Shown here piece by piece: positions 1 to 12,803 of a stretch of 64,000 nucleotides of DNA. The notes below the pieces were generated by a model. That model worked only from the letters and a program-made list of their open reading frames with translations. It was not told the origin of the DNA and made no database searches. Position numbers and translations under genes: made by a program. Position 1 is the first letter of the stretch. Each line of letters begins with the position of its first letter. The DNA lies in NCBI GenBank assembly GCA_038087875.1, contig CM075988.1, forward strand, positions 23,500,001-23,564,000, in the 5' to 3' direction. This DNA comes from Malacoraja senta. Lineage: Eukaryota.

Positions 1-365
1 CAGGTCTCGCTGCATCTCCCCTTTTCCTAATCGGCCACCATTTAGATAATAGTCTGCTTTCCTGTTTTTGTCACCAAAGTGGATAACCTCACAGGTGAAC
101 TGAAAGATTCATTTACAGGCAGCAGAGAACAAAACTGGATTTAAGAATGATGGAATCTAGAAGGTACCATCTGAAAGGACAAAGATGACAGAAAATTAAA
201 AAATGTTTACATATATTAAAATATATTGTCATATACAAGTCCTAAAAGACTAAAGTCAGGATTGTTCACACATCCATCAGTTCCTCTTTTCTAAACATTA
301 TCAGTTCAAATAAATTAGTTGTTGACAGTTAACCACGAGTCCAACTTTCTCATCCACTCTCTGTC

Positions 366-525
366 TGTGGGATGTGGGTGGAAACCGGTGCACATAGAGA
401 AAACCCACACAGTCACACGGAGAACGTACAAACACTGCACAGACAGCATCTGAGGTCCGGATCAAACCCGGGTCTCTGGCACTGTGAGGCAACAGTTCTA
501 CCAGCTGTGCCACTGTGCTGCCCAC
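366..525 (-). mobile_element. tRNA-derived V-core SINE (HE1-like), partial
   Basis: Minus strand reads GGGCAGCACAGTGGCACAGCTGGTAGAACTG...GACCCGGGTTTGATCC (pol III A/B-box-like), then the GTTTGTACGTTCTCC core seen in many copies here. Confidence 0.8.
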
Positions 526-737
526 TTTTTAAAAAACAGCTTTTATTTTTTTTAAATTAATTTTTGAAATGAAGACAGAAGATTAAACCAACACAATAAT
601 TACTGTAACTAACTCCCTTCAGATCATAATGTGACCTTAGGATGCAAGTCATTTCTCAAGAAATTTACTCCCTCAGTAATCCATCATCAAAATCTGCCAA
701 TGGAACTCAATGCAACCTCCAAAAATGTCTTAACTTT

Positions 738-3700
738 ATAATAATAATAATAAACTTTATTTTGGACTCAAGGTCCAGACAAGGGACAACATTACATAAA
801 AATACATTGCATATTAAAAACATCATAAAGTACATATAAAATCTTAGTATATCACTTATAAAAGCATCATAAATTATATATTTAAAAAAAACAATACGTG
901 AATTAAAATCCAGAATAAAAATAATGATCAATGTCCTACAACGAGACAACAATACCAGTGCCTCTACAACTGGGATTCATAGCGAGTAGTGCTAAACCTT
1001 ATGTTTGATAAGGCCACAATAATTAAATTTTTAGTCATTTATCCTGCAGATGAATTTATACATATGATTTCTTAGGATAGCTTCTAAAGTACTGACTCCT
1101 GCAGCCACAAACATGTTACTAGCACTACACCATCTAGGTTTCCTTAGCAGTGTTCTCATGGCATCATTATATGACACCTTTAGACTCTGCAAACTTGTCT
1201 TTCCATAGTTCGACCACAGGTGCGCAGTATAGAGTGGTGTGCAATATGCTCTAAACAGCGACAACTTCACCACATCTGTACACGCACCAAACTTACGCAA
1301 GAAAATATTCGCCTGTACATACAGCATGCGTCGTTGCCTATAAATATCCTCATCTGTCATTTGTTCTGTAATAAAATGCCCTAGATATTTTACCTTATTA
1401 CAGACACTAAGATTATTGTCAGACAATTTAAAATCAGGAAATTTTAGACATTTATCCTCTTTGGTTCTACAGATCATAATAGCACTCTTTTACGAGCATT
1501 ATATTTAATATCATGTTCCACACCATACACAGAACATATAGTAAGGAGCTGCTGTAGACCAGCGCTAGATGGACTAAAGACCACAAGATCATCTGCATAC
1601 ATAATATGGTTCACTAAAATATTACCAATCAAGCACCCAGTATTACAGGCTTTCAATTGTTTGCACAGATCATCAATATAAAGATTAAAAAGGACTGGGG
1701 ACAAAATCCCCCCTTGTCTAACACCATTGCTAACCCCAAATGGGGCCGAGACCCTATTGCCCCATTTTATTTGCATACTGTGGTGGGCATACCAGTAAGC
1801 CAGAATTCTCACAATATATTTAGGCACCCCTCTTTGACTCATTTTAACAAACAGCTTTCTGTGATTTCTAAGACTTTTGACAATATGCGGGCTAAAGCTA
1901 TGGGCCTGTAATTATTTAGGCTGCCTACTTTACCAGCTTTGTCCTTAATGACCGGCACTAACAGAACAGACAACATTGAGTCTGGTAACAAGCCATGAAT
2001 CATAAAGCCAGTAAAACAAATAGCAAGGAGAGGAGCTATCCTCATACTTGCATACTTAAGATGTTCAGCAGAAATATGATCCAAGCCACTTGCTTTGTTG
2101 TTGGACAGCTTGTTCATGGCATGATACACCTCATGTGACATAATCACCATTGAGTCATTACTCTCAATACTGTCCACCCTATACAAGTCACCTTGGACAC
2201 AGTTGAATAAAGTACTATAATGTTGTCGCCATAACTCCGCGATATTAGCTGTTCCGGAGATTCCATCTACAGTGCATGGTGGAGATGTTTTGCAACTATT
2301 AAGAGCTCTCACTTCTTTCCAAAAATCAGTAGCATTGTTACTTAGCAGCTTCTTAGCCATGGAATCAGCCCTCATAGCTTGCTCATTTTTACAGATGAAG
2401 CGAATAGCATACTTATACCTTGCATTAGTGAGCTTCTTGTACTCAAACACAGGTCCCTGTCTGGGTCTACCTGCCATAGCCCATGATTTGGCGGCTTCAC
2501 GGGCTTCAGCATGATACTCAGCTACATACTTATTCCTGTGCATAAATGTTCGATTAACGTAAGACATACTCTGATTCAATTTAAAATTTTACATAGATTA
2601 TATTATTCAAAAGCTAAATTAAGTAAATTTTACCCAAATAACTCTGCAAACTGTGATAAATGCCTAGTCCAAGAATCAACTATAGCACATTCTTTTGTTT
2701 TTTGTATAAAAATCCAAAAATTTTGGAATGAAATTTTGGAAAAATGCTCCTACGCCAACAATAAAAATGTGGACTTCTAATATGTCAGAATTGTTACATC
2801 TAGAAGATATGAGATTCCTCCTAGCAGGTAAACAAGACCAAATCCAAAAGATTTGGTCTCCATATATCGACATTACAAACATAGGGTGCAACAAAATGAT
2901 GATAATAAATGGTTTTAGGTCCTGGCGAGGGGTGAGTAAAGATATGAAGTAGGTGCATCCCTTTCATACGGTCCTATCTTATTTTCTTTTTTCTCTTTTT
3001 TTTCTTTTCTTCTTTAACTACTTCATGTGGTTTAGGTTCACATGTGTGTTCCTGGACCACTTTTTCATTCACTCACTGACTGTCTTTGCTAGCTCTTTCT
3101 ATCCTTTTTTTCTATTAAAGTTGAAAAACAGAAGTGGTACAAGAACTGTATAAATTTACGTTATTGCAGATTGATGTAATGTAAAATACTTCTAATAAAT
3201 AAAAATAAAAAATAAAAAAATAATTTAAAAAAATAAAAATAAAAATATATTTTAAAAAAAAACTTATTCCAGCCAGGCCTGATGTTATGGGTCTTATTTT
3301 TATGCTTGCAGTAGGGCTTACTGCCTACATATAGAGCGCTCGCTGTATCATTATACATGGAGCAGATCTCTCCTATGCTTCATATCCTTACAATTAACAT
3401 TACTACACATTATTGCATCTTTAGGTAGATGAATATTGCTTAAGGATTTATCTGTATGGGCTTAATAGGCTAAGATGTCTTCCTTTGTGAGCGTTGACCA
3501 GTCCATTTTTTCTGTGTTAAAGCTATTTCAATCTCTGGATACCACAGGTATGTGTTCAACATTTATTGTTATAGCCACAGGTATATGATCAGACTTTGCT
3601 GCCCCATACAAAATGCTCATACACCCCAATGAGGCATGTGCATCAGCTGTACTAATACAGTGGTCCAGCCATGACGTAGTGTGCCAGGCCTCACTCATAT

Positions 3701-5700
3701 AAGTATAACTATCTGTAGGTAAGAGCACTTTGCTTGACAACATTAAATTATTATCTTGACAGAACTGAGCTATATGATTGGCAAATAATGAGTTCCTAGC
3801 TGAGATATCTGCATTCATATCCCCAATGACATATACACAACAATAATTATTGAATAAAAGAATAGATAAAAGCAAGCATATTTAAATATTCATCCTCATT
3901 CTGATGGCATTCATAGGGTGTATATACATTCAGGATAACAAATTCCTTCTTGTTGTGAGCAAAGTGTATTGCAATACACCAGTCAGCATCAAGCCGAACC
4001 ACATTTATTGATGAGTCAAGCTTCTTGTTCCATAGAATAGCCACATCCCCTGGTATCCTACCTCTGACTAGTACCCTAATGTTCATTTAGCGAGACTAGT
4101 GAGTGCCCCTAGCACCAGCACACTCATTCCCCCCGCAGCAGGCGCAGTGCTCGATCCGATGACTCCAACCCTGCGCAGCTCGTATTAGCGCCGGACAAAT
4201 GCCCCTTCTGGTCAGAGCTCCAGATTGTACATTTCGCCAACCTCATTACATTCCACAGATACTTTAAATGAACAGTATCTACTGTGTACAGTGTCAATCT
4301 TTTGACAGGTAACCTCATGGCCAAGTTTTTCTTTAAGATACACAGATAAAGTTTTGGCGCCTAGGTCCGGTGAAAGCTTGGAGGCAAAAACACTCACCAG
4401 CTTAGTCTTGATCATTTTAATGTTACCCGCAGCTCCGGTACCAATAATAGGCATAGCGTTACTAGATTTCTTTCTCTGCCCGGTGGTAATAGTGCACAAA
4501 TTTGGCTTACCAACAGTGTTCTCTGGAGCATGACGTTGACCCTTTTTCACAACATGACTCCACTTTGGAGAGTCTTGCAACGTTAAACCACTGGGACTAT
4601 TCATTTCCGTTGCCCTCTCCACGTTTAAGGCAAGGCCCTCCACCGCAGCCCTCACTCCGACAACCAAGCCAGAGGCTCCTGCCGATGCAGCTCCCAGTGC
4701 TGTGTCTGCCATGCCAATGGCTCCATCATCGCCACCGACGCATCCGGACCCCCGCCCCGAGTCAGGTCAGTGGTGCACTCCAATGCACACACTGGAGTAG
4801 TGATCAAGGTGCGCTCCAATGCACCCACTCGCTGATCAATTTCCACTGTGATGGCACGAAAATCTTCGCTTACATCAGCCTGTAGCTGCATGACGTGCTT
4901 CATAGATCAGACCTCAGCGTACAGCTGCTCCATTCTCCCAAGTAGGCTCGAGACATCCATGTTAGTAAATGTCACCGGTGGCAGCTCATCCAAGTAATGA
5001 GACACAAATCTGGGAGTATTCTCCCCACACTCATTCATTACTTTAAGGCAACTCTTTATGTTGTTAACGTCTTTCTGTGCCCCTTTATGGGAAACGTTCC
5101 GCTGTGTAGTGCGGCAGAGTTCAAACAGAACTTTCTTCGAGGACTCTATCCACTCAGAATCAAAAGTGTTTGCAGCCAAAAGGACGATCTCATCCTGGCT
5201 TAATGTCTTAATTTTTACAGCAAGAAAGTTAAGTAACTCGTCCTCAACAATAACCTTATCGTCAACAGTCTTGTAGATCTCAGGCTTTACTCTAGACCGG
5301 CCAAGACCAAGAGCAATGCCTGCCACCTTCGACTGCCAGTTGCCCGTGGCACCGGCTCCCCCGCTGCCTCTTGCCCAGCTCCAAGCTCCGGATCTCCACT
5401 GCTCCACGTCTAGGCTGTCTCAAGCGACGGGCTCCGCTGCCCAGCTCCAAGCACCACTGCCTCCTGGCCCAGGTCGGGCCCGTCTTGGACCCCGGCTCCG
5501 GCTGCACGCCCAGCACCGAACTCGGCGCCCCCTCCACCGGGCCTGGACTGCGACTCTCTCCCGGCACCGCGCTGCCGTTAAGGACCAGAGTTTTCTTCCT
5601 GCAGCAACTTCCAGGCGACACTCGCCCACTCCTCGCAGGGGTACGTTTTTTTGAAACCCCCCTCCGGGCTCTAATGGAGCCTCGCCGTCATAGTAAATGA
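738..5700 (-). mobile_element. Near full-length, frameshifted non-LTR retrotransposon, RTE-X-like (ORF1 plus APE-RT ORF2)
   Basis: ORF1 pieces 5407-4212 (DELLNFLAVKIKTLSQDEIV...). APE motifs GRIPGDVAILW, IGDMNA, SWLDHCI, SDHIP (4086-3528). RT motifs NYRPIAL, GVRQGGILSPVLFNLYIDDL, YADD, KYLG (2520-1031). AATAAA and (TAT)n tail at ~738-760. Clade assigned from motif style; 5' boundary approximate. Confidence 0.8.
2537..3261 (+). mobile_element. 5'-truncated L1 fragment nested in the RTE-X ORF2
   Basis: HKCSINVRHTLIQFKILHRLYYSK...CDKC closely matches the L1 ORF2 C-terminus at 24263-25243. A-rich tail 3194-3261. 9-bp TSD ACTTATTCC (2528-2536, 3262-3270). Removing it restores host reading PGWNKYVAEYH. 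Confidence 0.9.
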
Positions 5701-8700
5701 ACGTATCTTGCACTATACGTATTTTCCATTATCCTATATCTGTACACTGTGGACAGTTCAACTGTAATCATGTATAGTCTTTCCGCAGACTGCATAGCAC
5801 GCAACGAAAAGCCTTTTGCTGTACCTCGGTACATGTGACAATAAACTAAACTAAACCTTGTCAAGAGTCATTTTGCAATTGTTCGCAGCCGTGTGCAGCA
5901 TGCAATTACTACTCAGAATCACTCACTGCTACCTTGATTAATGCTCCACACAGATAAGAGTGCTATGTATTATTTTTCACTGGCTTGCTTGTATGATTGT
6001 AGTTCACATGTGGCACCTTCCCATCAATTGCAAATTCAAATCCATTCATTCCTTAAATGTTGTCTGCAGGGGAGATCACAGGCTTGAAACATTGCAGCAA
6101 TATCGCCTTTGTGTCATTCTGGCTTATATTAGCTTTTCTTATAGTCTTCTGGGCTTAATACTTTAGATCTCTACTGCTCTATTCGCTCAAAACACCTGAC
6201 ACGGGTAATGGAAGATGACTGAACTTAAAAATTGTAAATGTGAACACTACAAGATCTGCCACAATCTTCCACACAAACAGGTGAAATTCCAAAGCATTTC
6301 AATTTTGGGACACAGTCAACATAATCTGAAATATGCAGAAGAGGACAAGTAACATTATATTTGTTTGCATTGTCAACATGTTAAATTAGTGCATGTAAGC
6401 TTCCATTTTAACGTGCAATATTTAAACTTACAAGTTTTTGAACTAAACTGTTTAAGCAATGTTGAAACTATGCAAAATGTACAAGTGCAGTAACAGAAAA
6501 GCTAAGAGTTTTATTTAATATGGCCTTATCAAAATGCAAAGTATGTACCAGGAAGTAATTTAACTGTACAAGGAAGTTTCTGTGAAGTTCTCAACATTTC
6601 CTCAAACTGCAAATGTGCTCAAACACCTGCTGCCTGCACTAGCATTAGGTTAACTGGTAATGCAGACAAACCACATTATGGTTTCTTCAATTAAAAATAT
6701 AATTCATAGCCGTCACAGAAAACAAGCCTAAACAGGTGGATATAATGTCATAGCTGCTGTCTTATAAATACAAGAACATGTAGTTTTCATGAAAAGATTT
6801 ACCTAAAAATTCATTCTATTGTACTGCCTACAGAATACCTTAGTTTACAGATTAACTGGGACAAACTTTAATTAGGTGCATAAGAATCCTGTTATTAAAT
6901 TAGGGGGATTACCCTTAACAAATATCTACTGATGGTGCTCATTTAAGTTGCTATAAAGAAATTCTTGCTAATTACATCTTGAACTCAATATCTCTAAATA
7001 ATACATACAAAATAAAACATGAGTATTGAGCTAAAAAGGAATGAGATTAAGGAGTTTGGAGCATGGTAATGAGTAACCGATATTGATGTTTTTTATTTAG
7101 ACAAATTTATGAAGTAGTTCCAATAAAAAGAAATGCAAAAGAGCACTATTGCCAACTAAATATAACAATGACATTTTTTTTGTAGAATATAAGAAACAAC
7201 AGTAGAAAAGAGGGTAGGCACAAAATCAATACAAAACTGCAAGACCATACTCAGGAATGCACTCAAAATCATTGGTTGCACTGCTGACACTAATAGACTA
7301 ATGCTCCACAGATATATGCTGGAAATCAACTCTTCTTTTTTTTCCTCTCTCGTTTATCATATTGTTTACAGTGAACGATGTTTACATATTCTGTTGTGCT
7401 GCAGCAAGTTCATTGTTCTAACATTGTTGACAATACAGGGCTGCCAACTCTCATGCATTGAGCGTGAGAGTCACGCATTTCATGAAATTCTCACGCTGAT
7501 GACAGACGTTCTCACGCTCAAAAAAAATATATTTTAATGTAAATAAATAAGTCCTCCACACTCACCAATGAGAATAGTTTTCTGTCGGCGGGTTTTCCGT
7601 AAAGAACGAGCAATTTAATTGGTTAAGCCCATCGCACACTATTTAAAATGGCAATGTAGACAAAAATGCTGGAGAAACTCAGAGGGTGAGGCAGCATCTA
7701 TGTCTGAGTTTGATCCTTCTTCAGACTCAAGCATTTCTCCAGCATTTTTTACTGCCGCTCCATAGATGCTGCCTCGCCCGCATTCCCGTGCAGATGGTGT
7801 GATAGGTGAGACACGGCAGCGGTCCCGGCACCAACCCCAGCACCGACCCCACTTCCCCCCCCCCCCCCAGGCACCGCTCACACCTCCCACCCTCATCTCC
7901 GGCGGTTCTGTGTCCGTCGGCCGCTCTGTCCACACCGCATGGAGTTTTAACCCTGGACCTGGAGCCAGGAGCGGAACGGGTAAGTGTGGGCGTCGGTGCC
8001 GCCGGGATGAATCTCGGGCTATAGCTCCGCTCCGATGCTCGACCCCCGGGTCACTGACCCTCACCTCCCCCGGATCGCAGCTGGACACAGAGCACCTGGG
8101 CCGGCCCGCATTCCTGGGAGGGGGGGGTGGGAAGAGAGGGCATCGCCAAGTCTCCGCTCACTCCAGGTGTTGTCGCCGCTTCACTGACACACACTGAAAC
8201 ACATAAGGTTTAATGGGATATGGGCCAAATGCAGATAAATGGGACTAGTTTAGATGGGGCATCTTGATCTGCATGGACAAGTTGGGATGAAGGGCCTGTT
8301 TCCATGCTGTAAGACGCTGACACACTGTAGAAAGGGGGCAATTGCTCTGGAAAGGATCCAGGGGCGATTTATGAACATATTGGCTGGACTGGAATTTTTT
8401 TTTCACTTTGAAGAAAGATTTGATAACTGGGATTGTAATCTATGCAGCAACGGTGAAGAAAAGACTTAGTTGAGGTGAATAATATTATGAGAATAGGACC
8501 TGTTTCGCTTAACAAAGAGTGTAAGAAGGAACTGCAGATGGTGGTTTAAACTGAAGATAGACACAAAAAGCTGGAATCACTCAGCAGGACAGGCAGCATC
8601 TCTGGAGAGAAAGAATAGGTGATGTTTCGGGTCGAGATCTTCAGACTGAAGAGGTTGAAAACCAGCCATAAAACACAATGACTGGGGATGTGTGTTATCC

Positions 8701-8782
8701 AACTAAGGGCAGAAATCAGAATCATGTGTTCATCTTTATTGACATGACACCATAATAAATATTACAGAAAAAAGAATTTAAT

Positions 8783-9050
8783 GGGGTGGCACAGTGGTAG
8801 AGTTGTGGCCTTGCAGCACCACAGACCCAGATTTGATCCTGACTACGGGTGCTGTGTGTACAGTATTTTTACATTCTCCTTATGACCACGTGGTTTTCTC
8901 TGGCTATTCCGGTTTCTCCCACATCCGAAAGAAGTGCAGGTTTGTAGGTTAATTGGTTTCTGTAAATTGTCCCTGGCATGTAGATACAACTGGTGTATGT
9001 TAGATTGCTGGTCAGTGTGGACTTGGTGGGCCAAAGGGCCTGTTCTCCAT
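8783..9050 (+). mobile_element. tRNA-derived V-core SINE (HE1-like)
   Basis: GGGGTGGCACAGTGGTAGAGTTG...GACCCAGATTTGATCCTGAC head, V core, and a 3' tail (GGGCCAAAGGGCCTGTT) shared with CR1 ends. Confidence 0.8.
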
Positions 9051-9355
9051 ATATGTTTTACACATATATCTTAATTTCATTGAACCATATACGGTTGAAT
9101 ATGTGGCATTATTTTTGTCTTGTTTCTATAGTCAAAGGGTAAGGTTGATTGATTTATTTGTGCAGAACAGTGATGGAAGTCCGATTATTGCCTTGTTTCT
9201 ATGGTTTTTTTTCTCTATATATATGCATAACAGCATGAATTATAATCTGATTTCCATACATGAATATACTTTCATGTGCTGCACCTGTTGATCAGAGCCT
9301 GGCTCTACTGTGGAATGTAATTAGGAATGTAATTTAGCCTAACCTTATTCATACC

Positions 9356-10061
9356 TATCTTCCCATCTCCTCCCCTGTCGGCTTTCCGCAGAGACCGCTC
9401 CCTCCGTAACTCCCTGGTCAATTCGTCCCTTCCCACCCGTACCACCCCCCTCCCCGGGCACTTTCCCTTGCAACCGCAAGAAATGTTACACTTGTCGCTT
9501 TAGCTCCCCCCCCCCCTTGACTCCATTCAAGGACCCAAGCAGTCGTTCCAGGTGCGACAGATGTTCACCTGCACCTCCTCCAACCTCATCTATTGCATCC
9601 GCAGCTCTAGATGTCAGCTGATCTACATCGGTGAGACCAAGCGTAGGCTTGGCGATCGCTTCACCGAACACCTCCACTCGGTCCGCAATAACCAACCTGA
9701 TCTCCCGGTGGCTCAGCACTTCAACTCCCTCTCCCATTCCGAATCCCTGTCTGTCCTGGGCCTCCTCCATGGCCAGAGTGAGGACTACCGGAAATTGGAG
9801 GAGCAGCACCTCATATTTCGCTTGGACAGTTTGTACCCCAGCGGCATGAACATTGACCTCCAATTTCAGGTAGCCCGCACTGTCTCCTCCCCTTCTCAAC
9901 TCACCCTCAGCCCTCTGGCTCCTCCTCTTCCATTCTTCTGCCCACCCCCACCACCCTACATCAGTCTGAAGAAGGGTTTTCGGCCCGAAACATTGCTTAT
10001 TTCCTTCACTCCTTAGATGCTGCCGCACCCGCTGAGTTTCTCCAGCATTTTTATCTACCTT
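9356..10061 (+). mobile_element. 5'-truncated Penelope-like element (Neptune-type): Cys linker, GIY-YIG endonuclease and terminal hammerhead-like motif
   Basis: CNRKKCYTC linker at ~9469-9495. FTCTSSNLIYCIRSSRCQLIYIGETKRRLGDRFTEHL (GIY-YIG). CTGAAGAAGGGTTTTCGGCCCGAAAC at ~9966. 12-bp TSD CTTATTCATACC (9344-9355, 10062-10073). Confidence 0.9.
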
Positions 10062-10719
10062 CTTATTCATACCGAATCCAATTTGAAGCATAAATGTTGC
10101 ATTCAAGTGCAAGTTAAATGACTCGCTACAGTATGCACCAGATTGCACAATTTCAAGCAGAAAAATGCAAAAGCTCCTTACCCCCTCGGTCGCTATGCTC
10201 ACTTGCAATTTCAACTCTCACCCAATGTTGGTAGCCCTGCAATAACACTCTTGACCCTCAACAATCCCCACTGTCCTGACTATTTAAGTGCCAATAACAG
10301 CAACTTAAAATACCCTTCCTGCACAAACTGCTGCCTGTGCACTAGTTTGAGCTGAAAACAGGATTTAGATTTACCAAAATTTGCATCAGTTCATTGTTTT
10401 AAACAGGAAGCATCTAGCAAGTGAAATAAAACATTTTTCAGAGTGAACCAAATTCAGCCTTGAATATGTCCAAAGTCAACCATAAAAACTGTCATGATTT
10501 AAATGAATAACCATCTAACAAGGTTATAACCAATATCTACACATATTATTGCAAAGTTTCATAAGTGAAATTACCAGGTTATAATCACTTAGTATTTCAA
10601 AGAACGTTATAAAAATATCAGGAAACCGTTTTTGGCAAGAAAGGGATTTCTATAAAGTATTTGGATTATTACATATTTTAATACGAGTTGACCTTATTGA
10701 CACCAATGTCCTGCAGCAT

Positions 10720-10968
10720 AGTCCGCACCGACCAGCAATCCCCGCACATTAAACTATCCTACACAAGAGACAATTTTCACATTTATACCAAGCCAATTAA
10801 CTTACAAATCTGTACATCTTTGGAGTGTGGGAAGAAACCGAAGTTCTCAGAGAAAACCCACGCAGGTCATGGGGAGAACGTACAAACTTCGTACAGGCAA
10901 ACACCCACAACCAGGATCGTTGTGAGCGCTGTCCGGCAGCTACTCTACCGCTGTGTCACCGTGCCGCC
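10720..10968 (-). mobile_element. tRNA-derived V-core SINE
   Basis: Reverse complement of the SINE family seen at 38746-39020. Confidence 0.75.
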
Positions 10969-12149
10969 CTTGCTCCCATGAAAGAATATCTAATATCTGA
11001 CAATAGCATAAAAGTATCACCAGTCTGAGAACTGTTGAGGCAAAGGTCCTCTACCTTCTGAGGGCAGAAAAGGATAAGGCCAAAAAATAATAATTAAGAG
11101 TCAGTAACATCCCATACCAAAATATAAACTGGTTAAGAGAGCCCAAAATATTATTATGGAGCTAATATTATAAACATGTATTACATCTGAATTTCCAACA
11201 GAACTTAAAGGTGGCTTTGAGGGGTGGATTGAAATACTGCCATTGATCAAAGTACCACAGATTCTAAATACATTTCAGTTAGTTTATTTTTCTCTGCATT
11301 GTAAAAATATTCCTAATAGATTGTGAAAATTAATTTGTTGAAAGGAATAAGTATGAAAAGTAAGCCATTGCAGGGTTGTCTGTAAATAGAGTTGAAAGAA
11401 ACAGCAATACAGAGCAGACATGAACTGTTTCTGATCCTAACGTTACGACTAACAAACTGCTTTAGAACAGGAACAAAGTGTAAACCACCAAGGAAAATGT
11501 ATCTCACTACGATCACTGTGTACTATATAAAATGCAAATACTTTGCTGGGTGAACAACTTCTGGTGGGTTATATATAACACATTTTACAATGTTTTTAAT
11601 CACCCATTTCATAGACCCATCCAAAAAATCCACATTTTGATAATATGTGTGCTCATAACACAATTTCAGTACTCGCACCCAACTGTAAATGTAAGAGTGT
11701 TTTCTGAAACAACAATGCAAGAGATCTCCTTGCAATACAATTACTAAGATTTTCTGTGCAGACAATCATCAGCACTTGGATTCATATCAATTGATTATCA
11801 ATTTCAGCTAAGGAAGTAAATATAGTAGATAAGGTTCTAACATTGCAGTTTCTTGATTAAAACATTAGAAGCTGGAGGAACTCCGTGGGTTAGGCAGCAT
11901 CTGTGGAGGGAATGGATAGGTGACATTGAGTCGGGACTCTTGAGGAGTCTTGACCCAAAGCAATCTGAGAATAGACAGGTCAGTGCGGGAGTGGTAAAAG
12001 AGTTTAAATGACCTGCAACTCTAGCGAGGTGGCAAGGTACCAGCTTTCCTTGCCAAACAGGCAGCCAGGCAGCTAATACTTTGCCAGTCTAAATCCATCA
12101 GAAATTATAGTGAATGCCAGCAGTATGCTTCAGTTCATACGTTTATAAG

Positions 12150-12460
12150 ACACAGGAGCAGAATTAGGCCATTCAGCCCATCGAGTCTGCTCCACCATTT
12201 GATAACGGCTGATCTATTTTTCCCTCTCAACGCCATTCCCCTGTCTTTTCCCTATAACCTATGACAACCTAAAAAATCCCAATGACTTGGCCTCCATAGC
12301 AATCTGCGATAATGAATTCCAGAACATCACCCTCTGGCAAAGGAAATTCCTCCTCATTTCGATTCTAAAGTTATGTCCATTTATGCCAAGGTTGTGCCCT
12401 CTGATCCGAGACTGTCCCACTCCTGTAAACATCCTCTCCACATTCACTCTATCTAGGCCT
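12150..12460 (-). mobile_element. CR1 LINE 3' fragment
   Basis: SRIRGHNLGI...FRIEMRRNFLCQRV..WNSL, the typical CR1 ORF2 C-terminus. Confidence 0.75.
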
Positions 12461-12546
12461 ATTATTATTTGTTAGCTTCCAAAATTAGATCCCCCCCTTC
12501 CCCCTGTATCAGAGATTATTAGAGATATTAAATATATCCCCTTGTA

Positions 12547-12803
12547 TCTCTAAACTGGACCAGCAATCCCCATACACTAGCATGATCCTACAGATTAGGG
12601 ACAATTTTTTTACAGTTCTCTTATCAAAGTCAATCAACCGACAAACCTGTACGTCTTTGGTATGTGGATGGAAACCGGAGCACGGGTGGGGGGGGGGGGG
12701 AATCCGGTTTGTACATCCAAACGATGTACAAACCCCGTACAGATAGCACCTCAGTCTCTGGCGTTGTAAGGCAGCAACTCTATCGCTGCGCCACCGTGCC
12801 ACC
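12547..12803 (-). mobile_element. tRNA-derived SINE, degraded
   Basis: GGGGTGGCACGGTGGCGCAGCGATAGAGTTGCTGCC head on the minus strand. Confidence 0.7.

Larger units (their letters stand above)
7436..10239. mobile_element. Non-autonomous DNA transposon with 13-bp TIRs and 5-bp TSD, carrying nested retroelements
   Basis: Left end CAGGGCTGCCAAC, right end GTTGGTAGCCCTG (1 mismatch). CAATA at 7431-7435 and 10240-10244. Subterminal TCTCACGC repeats. Confidence 0.7.

Noticed and set aside
5292..5713. Several overlapping GC-rich ORFs
   Set aside because: This is the 5' UTR of the RTE-X-like element. GC richness explains the open frames.
7639..8197. GC-rich ORFs or CpG island as a possible host promoter or exon
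   Set aside because: It lies inside the TIR/TSD-bounded transposon 7436-10239 and shows no CBL similarity.
9486..10214. 242-aa minus-strand ORF
   Set aside because: It is the antisense shadow of the Penelope GIY-YIG region.
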